This document shows, one piece after another, positions 1 through 12,200 of a stretch of 64,000 bases of DNA. Both the position numbers and the translations under genes were made by a program. The notes beneath the pieces were generated by a model. That model ran no database searches and was not told the DNA's origin. It saw nothing but the letters and a program-made list of their open reading frames with translations. The stretch comes from Gekko japonicus (lineage: Eukaryota): the NCBI RefSeq assembly GCF_001447785.1, contig NW_015170891.1, positions 171,427 through 235,426 of the forward strand, in the 5' to 3' direction. Numbering within the stretch: position 1 is the stretch's first letter; every line of letters begins with the position of its first letter.

Positions 1-1158
1 AAAAAAACCTCCTTTAACTGCTGGCACTAGACTCATGCACATACACCTAACACTACCAGAGCTACTGGCTAGACCCAATCCGGTACAGATATTCCAGGCA
101 CTCCAGCACCAGCATTCCAAATGCTCCCAGCGACCCTTTAGCCAAGCGGTAGGGGAGTTCTTCAATCTTCGCCCCCTCTCACAGGGCCTCTCTATTAGTT
201 GTTCTCCCTCCTCACCCTCTCTCACAGGGCTCTCCGTCCAACTCCCCTCCGTCACCACACAAGCCGTAGATCTAACCACGTTACCGTCTCTCCACTCGCC
301 CTCTCTCACATGGCCCCTCCAATTGGTGCTCCTCCGCTGTCTCACAGGCTGTGGGTCAGATCTCACCTCCGTCCTTTCAAGGGGCCCAGTAAACTGCCCC
401 CCCCGGTTGCACCCCCGGCCGGCCAGGAAAACCCGGGGATCCTGGACGAAAAGAAGAGAACCACTCCGGGGGGGGGGCGGCCCACAGCCGCGTTCCCCAC
501 CGAGGCGCCGTTGCTGCCTCCGCCGACGTCGACTGCCCCGTTGTCACCACCTCCACCGGCTTCGTCGCTGCCTCCGCTGGCACCGGCCGCCCAGTCAGCC
601 GCGCAGCCCCACTGGCCGTCTCAGGGCGCTTCTCTCCGTCACCCTGGGCCCCAGGCCAACCGGAGCACCACCGTCGATGGACACGCCCCCGCGCCGGCCC
701 ACGAGCTCGGCGCGCGAGACTGACAAGGGGCCCAGCAAGGCCGGCACTGAACTCGCGCCCGGCAGACCTCCGCTCCGACCGGCGCCCCAGGGGCCCAGCA
801 AAGCCGAAGCAGAGCCCACAGAGCCCGCAGCCGGTAAGCTTCCACTCCGGCCGCCCCAGGCGAGCCGTCGTCGGCCGCGCCCCCGGCCGCGTCTTCGCGC
901 CAGCTCGGGGTTGCGTTTCGGAGGATAGGCCAGGCACCGCCGTCAGCTTCGGCTGTGTGGGCATAGGGGTTATTCTAGTAGTCCACACGCCCAAACGCCC
1001 AGGAACACGAAGGCGCTGACTTCAGCCAGTTACTGGAGCGCCAAAACGCTGTTTTGCTTGTTGTTGTTTAATTTAGTTTTAGCTTGTTCCTAATCCCACC
1101 CCGTGGGCGTGAAAGCACAAATGCCCCGCGGCGCCGCCATCTTGGTTTTCTTTCCTCT
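1..1158 (-). mobile_element. Probable CpG-rich 5' end (UTR/ORF1 region) of a LINE-like element inserted into the Gypsy pol; continues beyond the window
   Basis: Abruptly replaces Gypsy RT at about 1160; begins on the minus strand with AAGATGGCGGCGCC; very CpG-rich with short internal repeats; no diagnostic domain in view. Confidence 0.45.
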
Positions 1159-1497
1159 TAAAAGGAGGTTCTTGGGGCTCCTGAACTTTTACCATTCCTT
1201 CTTGCCCCATAAAGCTGCGCTGGCAGAGCCACTTCACCGCCTCCTCGACAAGAACTCCCCGTGGGTCTAGGGTTGAGAGCAAGCCACTGCGTTCAGGGCC
1301 ATGATGGAGCTGCTCACCTCCAACACAGTCCTGGCCCATTTCGACGAAAAGCTGTCTGTCATGCTCGCTTGTGATGCTTCTCCATATGAGGTTGGCACCG
1401 TTCTTGGCCACCAGCTGCCAGACGACAGGGAAGTCCCCGTGGCATATTACTCCTGCACCCTGTCTTCAGCCAAGCGCAACTATACGCAAATTGATAC

Positions 1498-3078
1498 TGT
1501 TGTGTATGCTGACCGCCACCGGGGGGGCCAGCGGACACCAGAGCTTTCAGAGCTTGACTCTGGGACAACAATAGGGACTAGGCTCCTAGTCCCTCCACTG
1601 GGGAGCCAATAGGATCCGTGGCGGGAGATTCAAACCCACCAATGGTGACCAGGGGTGTGTCCCCAGGGATGTATATAGTTGGCCCCCCGGGCCGTTGTCC
1701 TCTGTTCTTGTTATGTTCTTAATAAAGCGTGCTATGCACCACGTCGTCGTCTGTCGTTTATCCGTGCGGCAACCCACCACATAACAGTGGCGACGAAGGT
1801 GGGATTCAGCCGCAACTGAGCCGGGCCGTTGCCGAGGGACCAAGAGCACGCAGCGAGCCACCGAGGCCGTTCCTCTTAGATCCGCTCCAACGCGCACAAT
1901 GGCAACCACTCCAGGGTTCGGGCTGCAGCCGCCCTTTGACATGACCCGTCCGCAAGACTGGCCAGCCTGGGTCAGGGGCGTCAAGTCAGCGCTTGCCTTC
2001 TGTGACATCACGGATGATGGCAAGAAACGAGGTTTCCTCTTGGCCTCCTGTGGCACCGCCGTCATGTCCCTGGTCGAAAGGTTGTTGTCTCCAAAGGACC
2101 TTGACGCCTGCACTTTCGAGGAAATCATCAGCGCGGTGCAGAACTACTTTGCACCCAAACCGACGGAGGTGACTTGCAGGGTGACCTTCTACACCCGCAA
2201 CCAGCTGGCCCGGGAGACCACCATCGAGTTCCTAGCGGAGCTGCGCCATCTCGCCACTGACTGCAACTTCGGGGCACATCTAGATGACGCCCTCCGGGAC
2301 CACTTTGTCGTGGGCCTGCGGGAGGAGAAGCTCCGGCAAAAGCTCATGGCCATGGAGAAGGTCGACCTCAAAGGGGCCCTCGCCGCAGCTGTCGCGTGGG
2401 AGAGGTCGCACACCGCCCCTGCCGCGACTCACCAGGTCGAGCCGGAAGGTCCCGAGGATCAGGACGTCCACCGGGCCTACGGAGGGGCCCGGCAGCGCAC
2501 CCAAGCACCGCCGCGCACCCTAGCACCGCAGCGTACCCAAGCTCCGCACCCAAGCTCCGGCCGCCAGCATCCCAGCGCCACCCTTTGACGCCCTTTGACA
2601 TGACCCGTCCGCAAGACTGGCCAGCCTGGGTCAGGGGCGTCAAGTCAGCGCTTGCCTTCTGTGGGGAACCGCACGAGCGGAGGACCTGCAAATTCCGCAA
2701 TGCTGCTTGCCACAACTGTGGGCGCACCGGCCACATCGCGAAGGTCTGCCGCTCCAAAGCAACAGGACGACCCCAGTCAGCATGTCCCAGAGCAGAGACC
2801 CACTTTGAAGAGGACGCGGGCACCGAGGACCTCTACCTCCTCACCCATTCAACGGAGAAGGTACTGAGACTCCCCGGCAAGTCCCCTTCACCCAAGTTCA
2901 TGGCCACCGTCACGATAGAGGGGTCCCCTTGTAGGATGGAGGTGGATTCAGGTTCCGCGACCTCAATAATCTCCGTGGCAACCCTGAGATGCCTGTGTCC
3001 CAAGGGGGGACCCTGATTGCGCCCAGCCAAGGTTACGCTCATGGACTTCCAGCGTAACCCGGTGCCAATCAAGGGAGT
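1498..3078 (+). mobile_element. Younger Gypsy element, 3'-truncated: 5' LTR, PBS, gag, protease
   Basis: LTR TGTTGTGT...ACATAACA 1498-1786 with TATA-like and AATAAA motifs; gag ORF 1899-2588; zinc knuckle CHNCGRTGHIAKVC; protease MEVDSGS; flanked by GATAC at 1493-1497 and 3079-3083. Confidence 0.92.
1788..1807 (+). promoter_or_regulatory. Primer-binding site complementary to the tRNA-Ser(GCU) 3' end
   Basis: TGGCGACGAAGGTGGGATTC just after the LTR; its reverse complement GAATCCCACCTTCGTCGCCA matches vertebrate tRNA-Ser(GCU)+CCA (from memory of the tRNA sequence). Confidence 0.8.
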
Positions 3079-4352
3079 GATACGGTGGTGCTGGCCATTG
3101 TTGCAGGGGTCAAGAAATCCACGACTACCTCTATGGGCAGCTGTTCACCATTGCAACGGACCACAAGTCTCCGCTGGGGCTTCTTGCCCCAGATTGCCAA
3201 AAAAAACCCAGAGGCTCTCGCCATGGGTTCTTCGTTGGTCCATATTCCTTGTAGGATACCAGTACTCCCTTCTCCACCATCCTGGGAAGGCAATGGGGCA
3301 TGCTGCTACCTATTATGGCACATCTGCTCCACTCCCTTTCACCCAGCTATCAATGGGCAAGCAGAGAGGATGGTGTGGAACACAAAGGAATCCCTCAGGC
3401 GGATCATCCACGAGGACTGGGACCACAGGCTTGCAGCATTCCTTTTTGGCCACCAGGTGACCCCAAGTATAACCACCAGCCACAGCCCCACTGAACTCCT
3501 CATGGGCAGATGCCTACCTATTCGACTGGACAGACTGCACCCGGACCGAGCCCCAGAGATTCGCCTGTCACTGGAGAGCCAGGATGTGCCCAGAGGATTT
3601 TTCACAGAACTTCTCCAGCGGTCCTGCCTGTGTTCCTGCCAAGGTCATCAGAGTCATATGAGGTCTCTACCAACAGTGGACAGGTCCTGCGCAGGCACAT
3701 CAACCAGCTTTGCCACCATCTACTGCCAGAGGTAGCCAAACCAGCGCCAGCTGCCGTGGAGGCCAGCTGCCTGGGACGACTACTGCCGCCGGCAGAGCGC
3801 AGCAGGAAGGAGGACTTGCCATGTGCCAGGGACTGTTCTGACCGTGCAGAGTCGCCCACACCCATACAGACTGTTCCAGAGCCCGGGGACACTGCTCCTG
3901 ACTTGCCATCCTTGCCCAGCGCTGCTGCTGAGACCCCAGACAGGGCCCCTGTGACTTCACCAACACCGCCTGAGCCGAGACGCTCTCAGTGGGAAAGGTG
4001 CAAGCCAGCATACCTTGAGGACTATGTATGTTAAAGTGCTTTGGAACTTAGGGGGGAGGGGTGTTATGTATTAGGGCTGGAATATTCCAGGACTGGGTAC
4101 CAGAGACTGGCTGAACTTGGAGCTCAAGAACAATAGCCCACCAGGACTCTGGAGGTGACCAATGAGAAACTGTTATGTAAATAGCATATTGTTGGGAGTT
4201 GGGTGTGTTTGGGTGTGGGTTGTGCATGCTATTTAAACAGGGCTGTTGTGCTGAGGCTTCAGTCTTTATCTGCTGAATCACTTAATAAATTAGAGCTGTT
4301 CACTGCAATGTGTCCTGAACCCGGTATTTAACAGTCTCTATATGGAGAGTCA

Positions 4353-4626
4353 GTAGGGCTGCAGTGGCTCAAGTGGTTAAGATGCTGAACTGCAGACTGG
4401 AAGGTTGGTAGTTCAGCAGTTCGAGATCCGAGTGCCGCATGATGGAGTGAGCTCCCGTCTCTGGTCCCAGCATTCCATGCGCCTCAGCATCTAGTCATGC
4501 CGGCCACATGACCACGGAAACGTCTTCGGACAGCACTGGCTCTTTGGTTTAGAAACGGAGATGAGCACCACATCCCTAGAGTTGGATTTAACTGGCTTTC
4601 GAGCAAGGGAAACCTTTACCTTTAAC
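4353..4626 (+). mobile_element. Sauria SINE (internally deleted)
   Basis: tRNA-like head, GCCGGCCACATGACC core, (ACCTTT)n tail; 15-bp TSD CTATATGGAGAGTCA at 4338-4352 and 4627-4641. Confidence 0.9.
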
Positions 4627-5107
4627 CTATATGGAGAGTCATCACATTGGTCTAGAGGCCATTTGGTCATTTTTGGCATGGCCCAGTGTACTTTAATTGA
4701 AGCCAATGGCTGCTCTGAAAGCTCCAGCAGTGCATCTCAGCTTGTCCCATCACAATGCAAGAGGTAAAAGGTCAAGATTTATTCCTAGTATTTTGTGTAT
4801 TGTATAAATTTCAAGGCAGACTTTAATGATGCTCTGTGGCCTTCCTTATTTCTTAGGTCCAATCCACCCAATCTTCTACAGTAGTTGACATCCAAAGTTT
4901 ATTTTCTGGAAACCCTGAGTAGCCACCTGGGGTTTAGGTAAACATTTTAAGCCTTCTAAGTAACCTGGTCTCTTATTTTGGTCAAGTGCATTACAATACT
5001 GAATGGAAGCAGGAGCATCAGTCATTTACCCCAGTCCCTGCTGTAAAAGTCTGCCTTGAAATTTATACAATCATCAGTCATTTACCCCAGTCCCTGCTGT
5101 AGCTCAC

Positions 5108-5194
5108 TTGTCCTAATTCTAGCCACAGCCAAAGACAAAGAGGGAAACAAATGAAGAACAAAGGAAAGGCAAGCTGCACACTGATAACTGACAT
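5108..5194 (-). CDS. Candidate signal-peptide first coding exon, possibly of adhesion GPCR ADGRD2/GPR144
   Basis: ATG at 5194, MSVISVQLAFPLFFICFPLCLWLWLELGQ, then CAA|gtgagc donor; hydrophobic core; orientation fits the known head-to-head PSMB7/ADGRD2 arrangement. No homology seen directly. Confidence 0.4.
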
Positions 5195-7805
5195 TGTCTC
5201 TCAGACATATCTCTATAGGCCAATTCACACAACTCTAATGTTTGTACATTCTGGTTTGAAATCTGAACCCCCTCCCCCCGGTTTCCTGTACATGGCCATC
5301 TTGTAGTGCAAGCAGTTATTCATGAGTACAGGCCATAGTTTTGCACAGCACATTTGAGAACCTTCCAAGCAGTATGACAAACTGCTGTCTGTGTAAGTCT
5401 GCCCAGATTATTTAAAAATGAAGAGCTCTTTGGATAGGCTCATCTCAAAGATAAAGGTGGTATGAATAGGCTCTGAAATACTTTGGAAGCACTGGAAGTA
5501 GCTGGGTTTCAGTATTGAGGAGCATTACCCATGAACAGACATTAATCTTCATCATTATCACCTCTCTTATATTACTCCCACTCACAATCAGACAAAAGTT
5601 GCTTTTGAGCATGTAGGGGACCACCATGTCACCAAACATAGACCAATCATGTAATATCAGCTGCTGGGATTTTTAGAACTACAACATTTATTACCAGTTT
5701 CCAGGACAACAGCAGGAGATAACTACTTTAAGTTCCAGGCTGCAGGAATCAAGTGTGGCCCATTGTGAATGCAACTTTACAAACCATGCGGCATCTGCTG
5801 AAACTGTCACATGAGATCCCCTGTTCTTATAAAGTTTAGGGCATCCATGGCCATGGCAGTGGCACATAAAAGATAGATTTCAGTTAAAAGGTACTGAAGT
5901 CTCTAATAGTTTTCTCTGTGCATGAAGAATGGTGCACAGTTCCAGTTCAGACCCCCATACTGTCAATCTGGTTGCATGAAATAGCCTGCAGTTGCAGAAA
6001 GATACTGTGAGGATGCATATGACAGCAGATGGCGCTAGAGCTGTGACAAAAGAACATTTGAAGCTGACTTACCTGCACATCTGCAAGAGAGCCAACCATA
6101 TACCTGGGAGGATAGAAAGAGTGGCAACACCATTACTAGAAGGTAAAATAATAATTGTAGGACATCTGCTAAGTTGTCATGGACCAAGAGGGAAATAAAG
6201 CCGTTGTCCCTTCTAGCAAAAACCTGCTGTTTCGTTTTCCCCAGACTCCCAGCCACCAACTGCTCTGCCGTTTGGATGCCAATCCAATTCTGACGCTTGT
6301 AATTCACCCCTGGGACTGTAGTTTAACTTCATCAAGTGAAGAGAAAGGGAAAAACCCCCCAGAAAAAAACAACAACAGAGCATCTGGCAGCCACATCATA
6401 TCCTTTTACTATCATATGCTGCTAGTAAGGAAGTCTGTGATCCCCAACCCACCCATCCACCCAGTAAAGTTACTGAAGGAAGATGCAGCCCTTTGCTTGG
6501 AGGGGTGAAGGGGAGAAGAGGATACATATAACCACAAATCAGTTGGTCTACCTGGCCTATGGGAGGAGCAGAAAAGTATCCACTCAGCATACAGAAGACC
6601 CCAGGTTCAATCCCAGCCATCAGGGTCTCTGAAAAAGGCCCCTCTATTAGATGCTGCCTCTTGGAGTCAGCAATACTTGATTAGATAGTCTGGCTTATCA
6701 TAAGGCAGCATCCTATGCACATCAGGTCTATTTTTTTCCCAGCAGGGGAGGAGCAGGGGAAGATCCTGCTAGTTAGCAGGAGCTGAGTAACATTTTGCTG
6801 AATTTGCTCTCCTGTCTGAACTTGGGTATATAAGGCCTGGGCATGTCCAGAGGTGCAAGCCAAATGGCTCTTGCCCTTCAACTGTTAGCCTGTGGGCCAG
6901 AGCTGGGTTAGTGGACAGCGAAGACCTGCCAGGCAATAGGAAACCTTCCCCTCCCTTTCTTATTTGTTGTTGCAATTGTGTGTGTGTGTTGTCAGCTGCT
7001 TTGGGTTCCCATTGAGGAGAAAAACAGAATATAAATATACCAAATAAATTAAAAGCAGGACTGCTTGGTGCTGGTTGATCCCCACCCCCCCAAGTTCAGT
7101 GTTATGTGGGGCTCCCAGGTTGCCACCCTGGACTTTTGAAATGGGGTGGGTGGGTCTGTTTAGTCATCTGAAAATATGACCAGTGGAATCAGCAGCTTAT
7201 TTGCAGAGGGATTCACTAAGGTTCCGGATTAGTGCAGCCCACACTGCACTTGAACAGAGTTTCCACCAAAGACCAGGAGTGACCCCAGACCCACCATTCA
7301 GTGACTAGAAGAGTCATCCCACAACACAGAGAAAGAAAGAAAAAACGGTTGCCAGAATCCACACAGAGATGCTGTGTGTTGCTAGGGGTCAGCGCCTCAG
7401 GATACCTGGTACCAAGGTGATCTTCATCTCAGGTGCAGGCGCTTTGCTGGAGCCCCTGTAATTAGGCCCACACATCCGCAGCTCTAAGCCTTTGGGCTAA
7501 GCAACTCATTTAGTGGACAGCCTGCTGTTATTACCAAAATGCCAGCTTTTCAGCACTCCGTAGCTGAAAGGCACTTGTTAAACCCATTATGCTCAAGCTG
7601 CACTTGCCACCTGTAAATCACAAAGGCTGGTTTCAGAGGCTGTTCCCTGCCACCACATGAGTCGCCCCAGCCATCTCCAAGCATGCGCATGTGAGCAGTC
7701 ACTGCAGAGCTCAGAGTTCTTGGATCTTGCTTTGACGATCTCAGATAACTTTTCCCAAGTTATGCAGGTTATATCACCCAGATCAATCCAGATACTCATG
7801 TCTTT

Positions 7806-8156
7806 GTAAAGGTAAAGGTTCCCTTGCTCGAAAGCCAGTTGAGTCCGACTCTAGGGTTGCGGTGCTCATTTCCGTTTCAAAGCCGAAGAGCCAGCGCTGT
7901 CCGAAGACGTTTCCATGGTCATGTGGCCGGCATGACTAAACACCAAGTCGCACGGAACGCTGTTACCTTCCCACCAAAGTGGTACCTATTTATCTACTTG
8001 CAATTTCTTGCTTTCAAACTGCTAGGTTGGCAGGAGCTGGAACTAGAGACGGGAGCTCACTTCGTCATGCGGCAACTCGGGTCGCGAACTGCTGAACTAC
8101 TGACCTTCCACAGCCTGCAGTTCAGCGTCTTAACCACTTGAGCCACCGCAGCTCCT
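7806..8156 (-). mobile_element. Sauria SINE, full length
   Basis: (AAAGGT)n tail at left, tRNA-like head at right; TSD ATGTCTTT at 7798-7805 and 8157-8164. Confidence 0.9.
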
Positions 8157-9003
8157 ATGTCTTTTTAGGGACACTTTTAATGTTATATTACCCTGGTCTT
8201 TTAAAAAAACAAAAAACTTTCCTTCACTCTATAGATTTGCAGATTCCCCCCCCAGTTAAGCCAACCCCCCCCCGGCTTTGTAAAGCCACTGGTGCATGGA
8301 TCTTGATTGTTCAGCCCTTTTACAGGTAAAGATAGTGGAAGCCTTGACGTTTAGGTGCTGATACACTTTCAGCTGTATAAAAAGGCAAAATAAAACCTGA
8401 TTTTGGTGATTTACCTTTAGAAAGGTAACCAGGGGACTACCTCCTCTGGTATGCCCCCAAGAGAGTGTTATGCTCCGTGGAGAACAACCTCCTGGTTTTA
8501 CCATCATCGTTCCATCACGCCCTATGATTTCTGCATACTGCTACCGCTGGTGCGGGCACTATTGGAGAGAACGGGACGTGTTTAGGGGACGGCAGGGCAG
8601 TAGGATTTACACTGCTGTGGTTGTCTAGCTATGTTACTGAGAACACCATCTGGGTCTTAAAATCTTAAAATCTTAACATCTGGAACTGAATAGAGGAGCA
8701 CCGGAAATGTTTTATAAATAAATAAAGATGTCCAGTGTAGGAAAGCAGTGCAGAAGAATTCACTATTCTCCTGACTGGAGATTGGGAACCCAAAGGTATT
8801 TGTGTGGTAACAGCATGAGAAGTCTGGTGATTGCCTACGCAGTCAATTTGGCCTTGAGGGGGAGAAACTGATAACAGAGAGCCTGTATACACACACCAAA
8901 AGGATGCTAGAATGCTTGTAACTTTCCTTTGCGCAGGGAGAAGGAGGGAGTGGAGGAGGGAGGAAATGGGGGAAAACTGAGCTTATAAATAAACGCTGGG
9001 AAG

Positions 9004-9209
9004 CAATGTTCCCTCTAAGCTGTGGAGTCTTGTGAGCAAAGATTCTGCTTGGTGAGCTACTGGCATTAAAGTTGTGAGCAAGCGATTTGGCTACTGCATA
9101 CATTAGTTTGCTCTGGAGCCCTCCTTCCTGAGTTAAGACAAAAATGTGCGAGCCGGAGGCTCAAAAACTGTGAGCTAGCTCACACTAACTCAGCTTAGAG
9201 GGAACACTG
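9004..9209. mobile_element. hAT-type MITE
   Basis: TIRs CAATGTTCCCTCTAAGCTG / CAGCTTAGAGGGAACACTG; perfect 8-bp TSD CTGGGAAG. Confidence 0.9.
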
Positions 9210-12200
9210 CTGGGAAGCTGAGAGGTTTCAATCAGTTCCTACAGCCGTTTGTTTCATTGTCTTCTTTGAACCCTTTACCCACACAACAGTCCAGCTGTCC
9301 TCAACCAGAGCCTGGGTCTTCCTGGTCCTGGCTCTGACCTGGTAGAACTGTCTGCCAAATACCACCAGGGCCCTGTGGGACTCAATGCAATTCTGCAGGG
9401 CCTGCAAGGCAGAGATGTCCCACCAGGCCTTTGGCTGAGGACAGCAAACGGTTTCCCATCACTGCTGGCACCCACCCCTGCTCTCCCGTCACCTTCCGTT
9501 TCTGCCTCCTCTTTACCCCGCTTGCAAGGCAGCAACACAGTCCAGAATGGGTTTAAGAACAGATCAGTAATGCCATTTTGAGATTAAGAATGCAATGAAT
9601 GTTATTTATTAATTTTAACTTGTTCTGTTGATGTTTTAACTTTTGTTGTACATTGCCCAGAGCCCTGTGACTGGGTGATTAATAAATTTAAAGTGCAAAT
9701 AGATAAATAAGAATAAGCAGTTAGCCATCGCACACTAGGTGTTGCCAAACAGAATATAAAATTCGGGGTGTGGCTGGGGCTTAATGGGAGAGCATCTGCT
9801 TCATTCAGGGTCCCAGAATGAAGAACCCTAACCCTGGTATCTCCAGCTAAAAGGATATGGTGATGTGAAAGACTTCCACCTGAGACTCTGGAGAGCTCCT
9901 ACAAAAAGTAGATGGTATTGACCTTGATAGGCCAATGATCTGACTCAGTATAAGGCAGCTTCCTGTATTCAAACTCACAATACAACCATGAGGAATTGTA
10001 GGATGTTTTGGGATCACTGTATCAAGAGGATTCATTACATTCCTTGTCACACAGCTGCCTTATTGGGCTTGACATGGGCTGCAATTGACATTTCTACCAC
10101 AGCAAAAATAGTATCTTTATAAAAATTTTATATCCCACCTACTACCTGGGAAGGTTTTTGAGGCAGATTACCAAATTTCAAAACACAAACACAAAAACAC
10201 AACATGCAAGCAAAACGTAATAGTCATACATTCAATACACTACGAGCCAGGAGCACAAATCAAGACATTAAGCACTATAATCCAGCTGACACTTCACACA
10301 ACTGTGCAGAAAAACACTCAGGGCTTCTCTAGTATTATTCCTGCTAATGTCTTCTATCCCTGGGGCAGAATTTCAACAGGGCACTCTGTGTGTGACCAAT
10401 GCAGGATTCATCCCTGCAAGCATGTTACACCATCCTAATACTCCTTCTGAAGTTATTGGGGGTTTTACTTCCACAAACTACATTAAGTTTGGGGTCACCA
10501 GTCAAGCACCTACACAGTTCATAATCCTATGCACACCTGGGAGAAAGCCTTGCTTCTAAGTAAAGACACTTAGGTTCATTTTGTGAAAAAAATGTATCTT
10601 AAGTTCACTATAGATGTTACAACGGATACGAATATTCTTTCTGATAGCCCCTTACTATATGGATTTTAGGTCTCAAAGACTGGCAAAGGGAAGGCATATC
10701 GACAGTCATTACCCATCTTAGTTCAATGGAACCTCCATGTTCAGAGGTGGTATACCAACAAATACCAGGTGCTGCAGATAAAAAACGGGGAAGGGCTATT
10801 ATCTTCATCTCACTGCTTGTGTGGGCTTCGCAGAACCACAATTATGGCCACTGCTAGAGCCAGGATGCTGGAATAAGTGGATCTTTTCTTTGATATCCTG
10901 TAAGGCTTAGAATGCCTTGAAAGTTTTTTTTAATGCAAATACAACAGACAAATAGATAGACCTCCCTCTGGGCCTCACAATCTAAGCAGTTAAATGTTTT
11001 GGTCAATGAGGATGAATGAAATAAAAATAACATTTTATAGACATAAATCTTTATAAATCAAACAAAACAAAACATCCATACTACGCCAATCCCAACAGCC
11101 TCTAAAAGTGTTTTCTGCCTGCTACATAGCTATTTGCTAGAAACAATGCTGCCAAAGTGGGCAAACTGGGAGGTGCGCACAGCAGGGTTCCAGGTGTGAC
11201 TGTGCTAGAGCCACTGGAGTTCTGTCCAAGAGGAAGCCAGATCCTGGAATGCTCCTCTTATCCTGCAGCAGCACCCACGGGCGATGGCATCGTTTGGAAA
11301 AGGTGGTACAGATTAGGCTTGGCTGGCAGCACAGGTGTCCCTATGATCTTATGATTAAGGAGTGCAAGTCTGCAAGCTGTTACTTAGAAGTAAAATAAAA
11401 CTAATTCACTTCTGATCAACTGTAGAAAAAGGTTCTTTTTAAAAAAACACGGTTACCTTTTCTCTTGTTGGATCCTGTCGTCTCTCCAGAACATGCCCTT
11501 TAAGAAAAGAGGAATGAGGTCTTCTGTTGCATAAGTGGCCGTCCTGTTGAAATGAAGACATCCAGAATTAGTAATTGTAAAAATCAAGGTTGGCAAGAGA
11601 GGGCTGCCAAAAATGCTTCTGGATTTAAGGGTCAATTTATATTCTGGCTAGGGATTCTCCATGAAAAGCAACTTTCTGCATGAAAAGAAACTTTCTTCCA
11701 TATTGAGGCTTCGTAAAGTCTCACTCCAGAGCACACAAATCGTGCCAGGGTAGCGTACTGGAGAAATTGTGCATCTTGGTGCCCATAGAAGAATGAACCT
11801 TCCATCTCTTCTTTCTCCAAGACTAGAAAGTGTAAGGTACTAACTAGGAGTGGGGTATCGTTTGTAATTTGAATCTATCTGCAGAAGAGTTGTGTGGCAT
11901 ATATAGGGATCAAGCAGTAACTGTACCATGTTCCAAAGCAGTTTTATGCACAGTTCACAGGCACTCTGCCACATCCACACTGCCATTAAATCAGGAGTGG
12001 TGCAAAGAAACTTCCACAAGCTGACACTTCTTGCAGCCACCAGTCATGTGAAAAGTGGTTTTGCAATTATAACCCACCATCTCTGTCCAAAGCCACTTTA
12101 CATGATATGATCCAGGGCACTATCGACAGCATTCCGGACATTTATCTGATGCATATGAACATTCATATGACAAGCCACAGTTCCAAAACAGCAATTTGCT

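Larger units (their letters stand above)
1160..4333 (+). mobile_element. Older degenerate Gypsy/Ty3 LTR retrotransposon (RT end, RNase H, partly deleted integrase, PPT, 3' LTR), interrupted at 1498-3078
   Basis: FLGLLNF..AEPLHRLL; LACDASPY..RNYTQID; resumes LAIVAGVKK..TDHKS; PFHPAINGQAER; stop at 4034; PPT AGGGGGGAGGGG 4050-4061; LTR TGTTATG...TTTAACA 4062-4333. Confidence 0.92.

Noticed and set aside
35-928. 297-aa Pro/Arg-rich + strand ORF and overlapping ORFs
   Set aside because: Low-complexity frames that stay open because of high GC in a probable TE 5' region; no domain recognised
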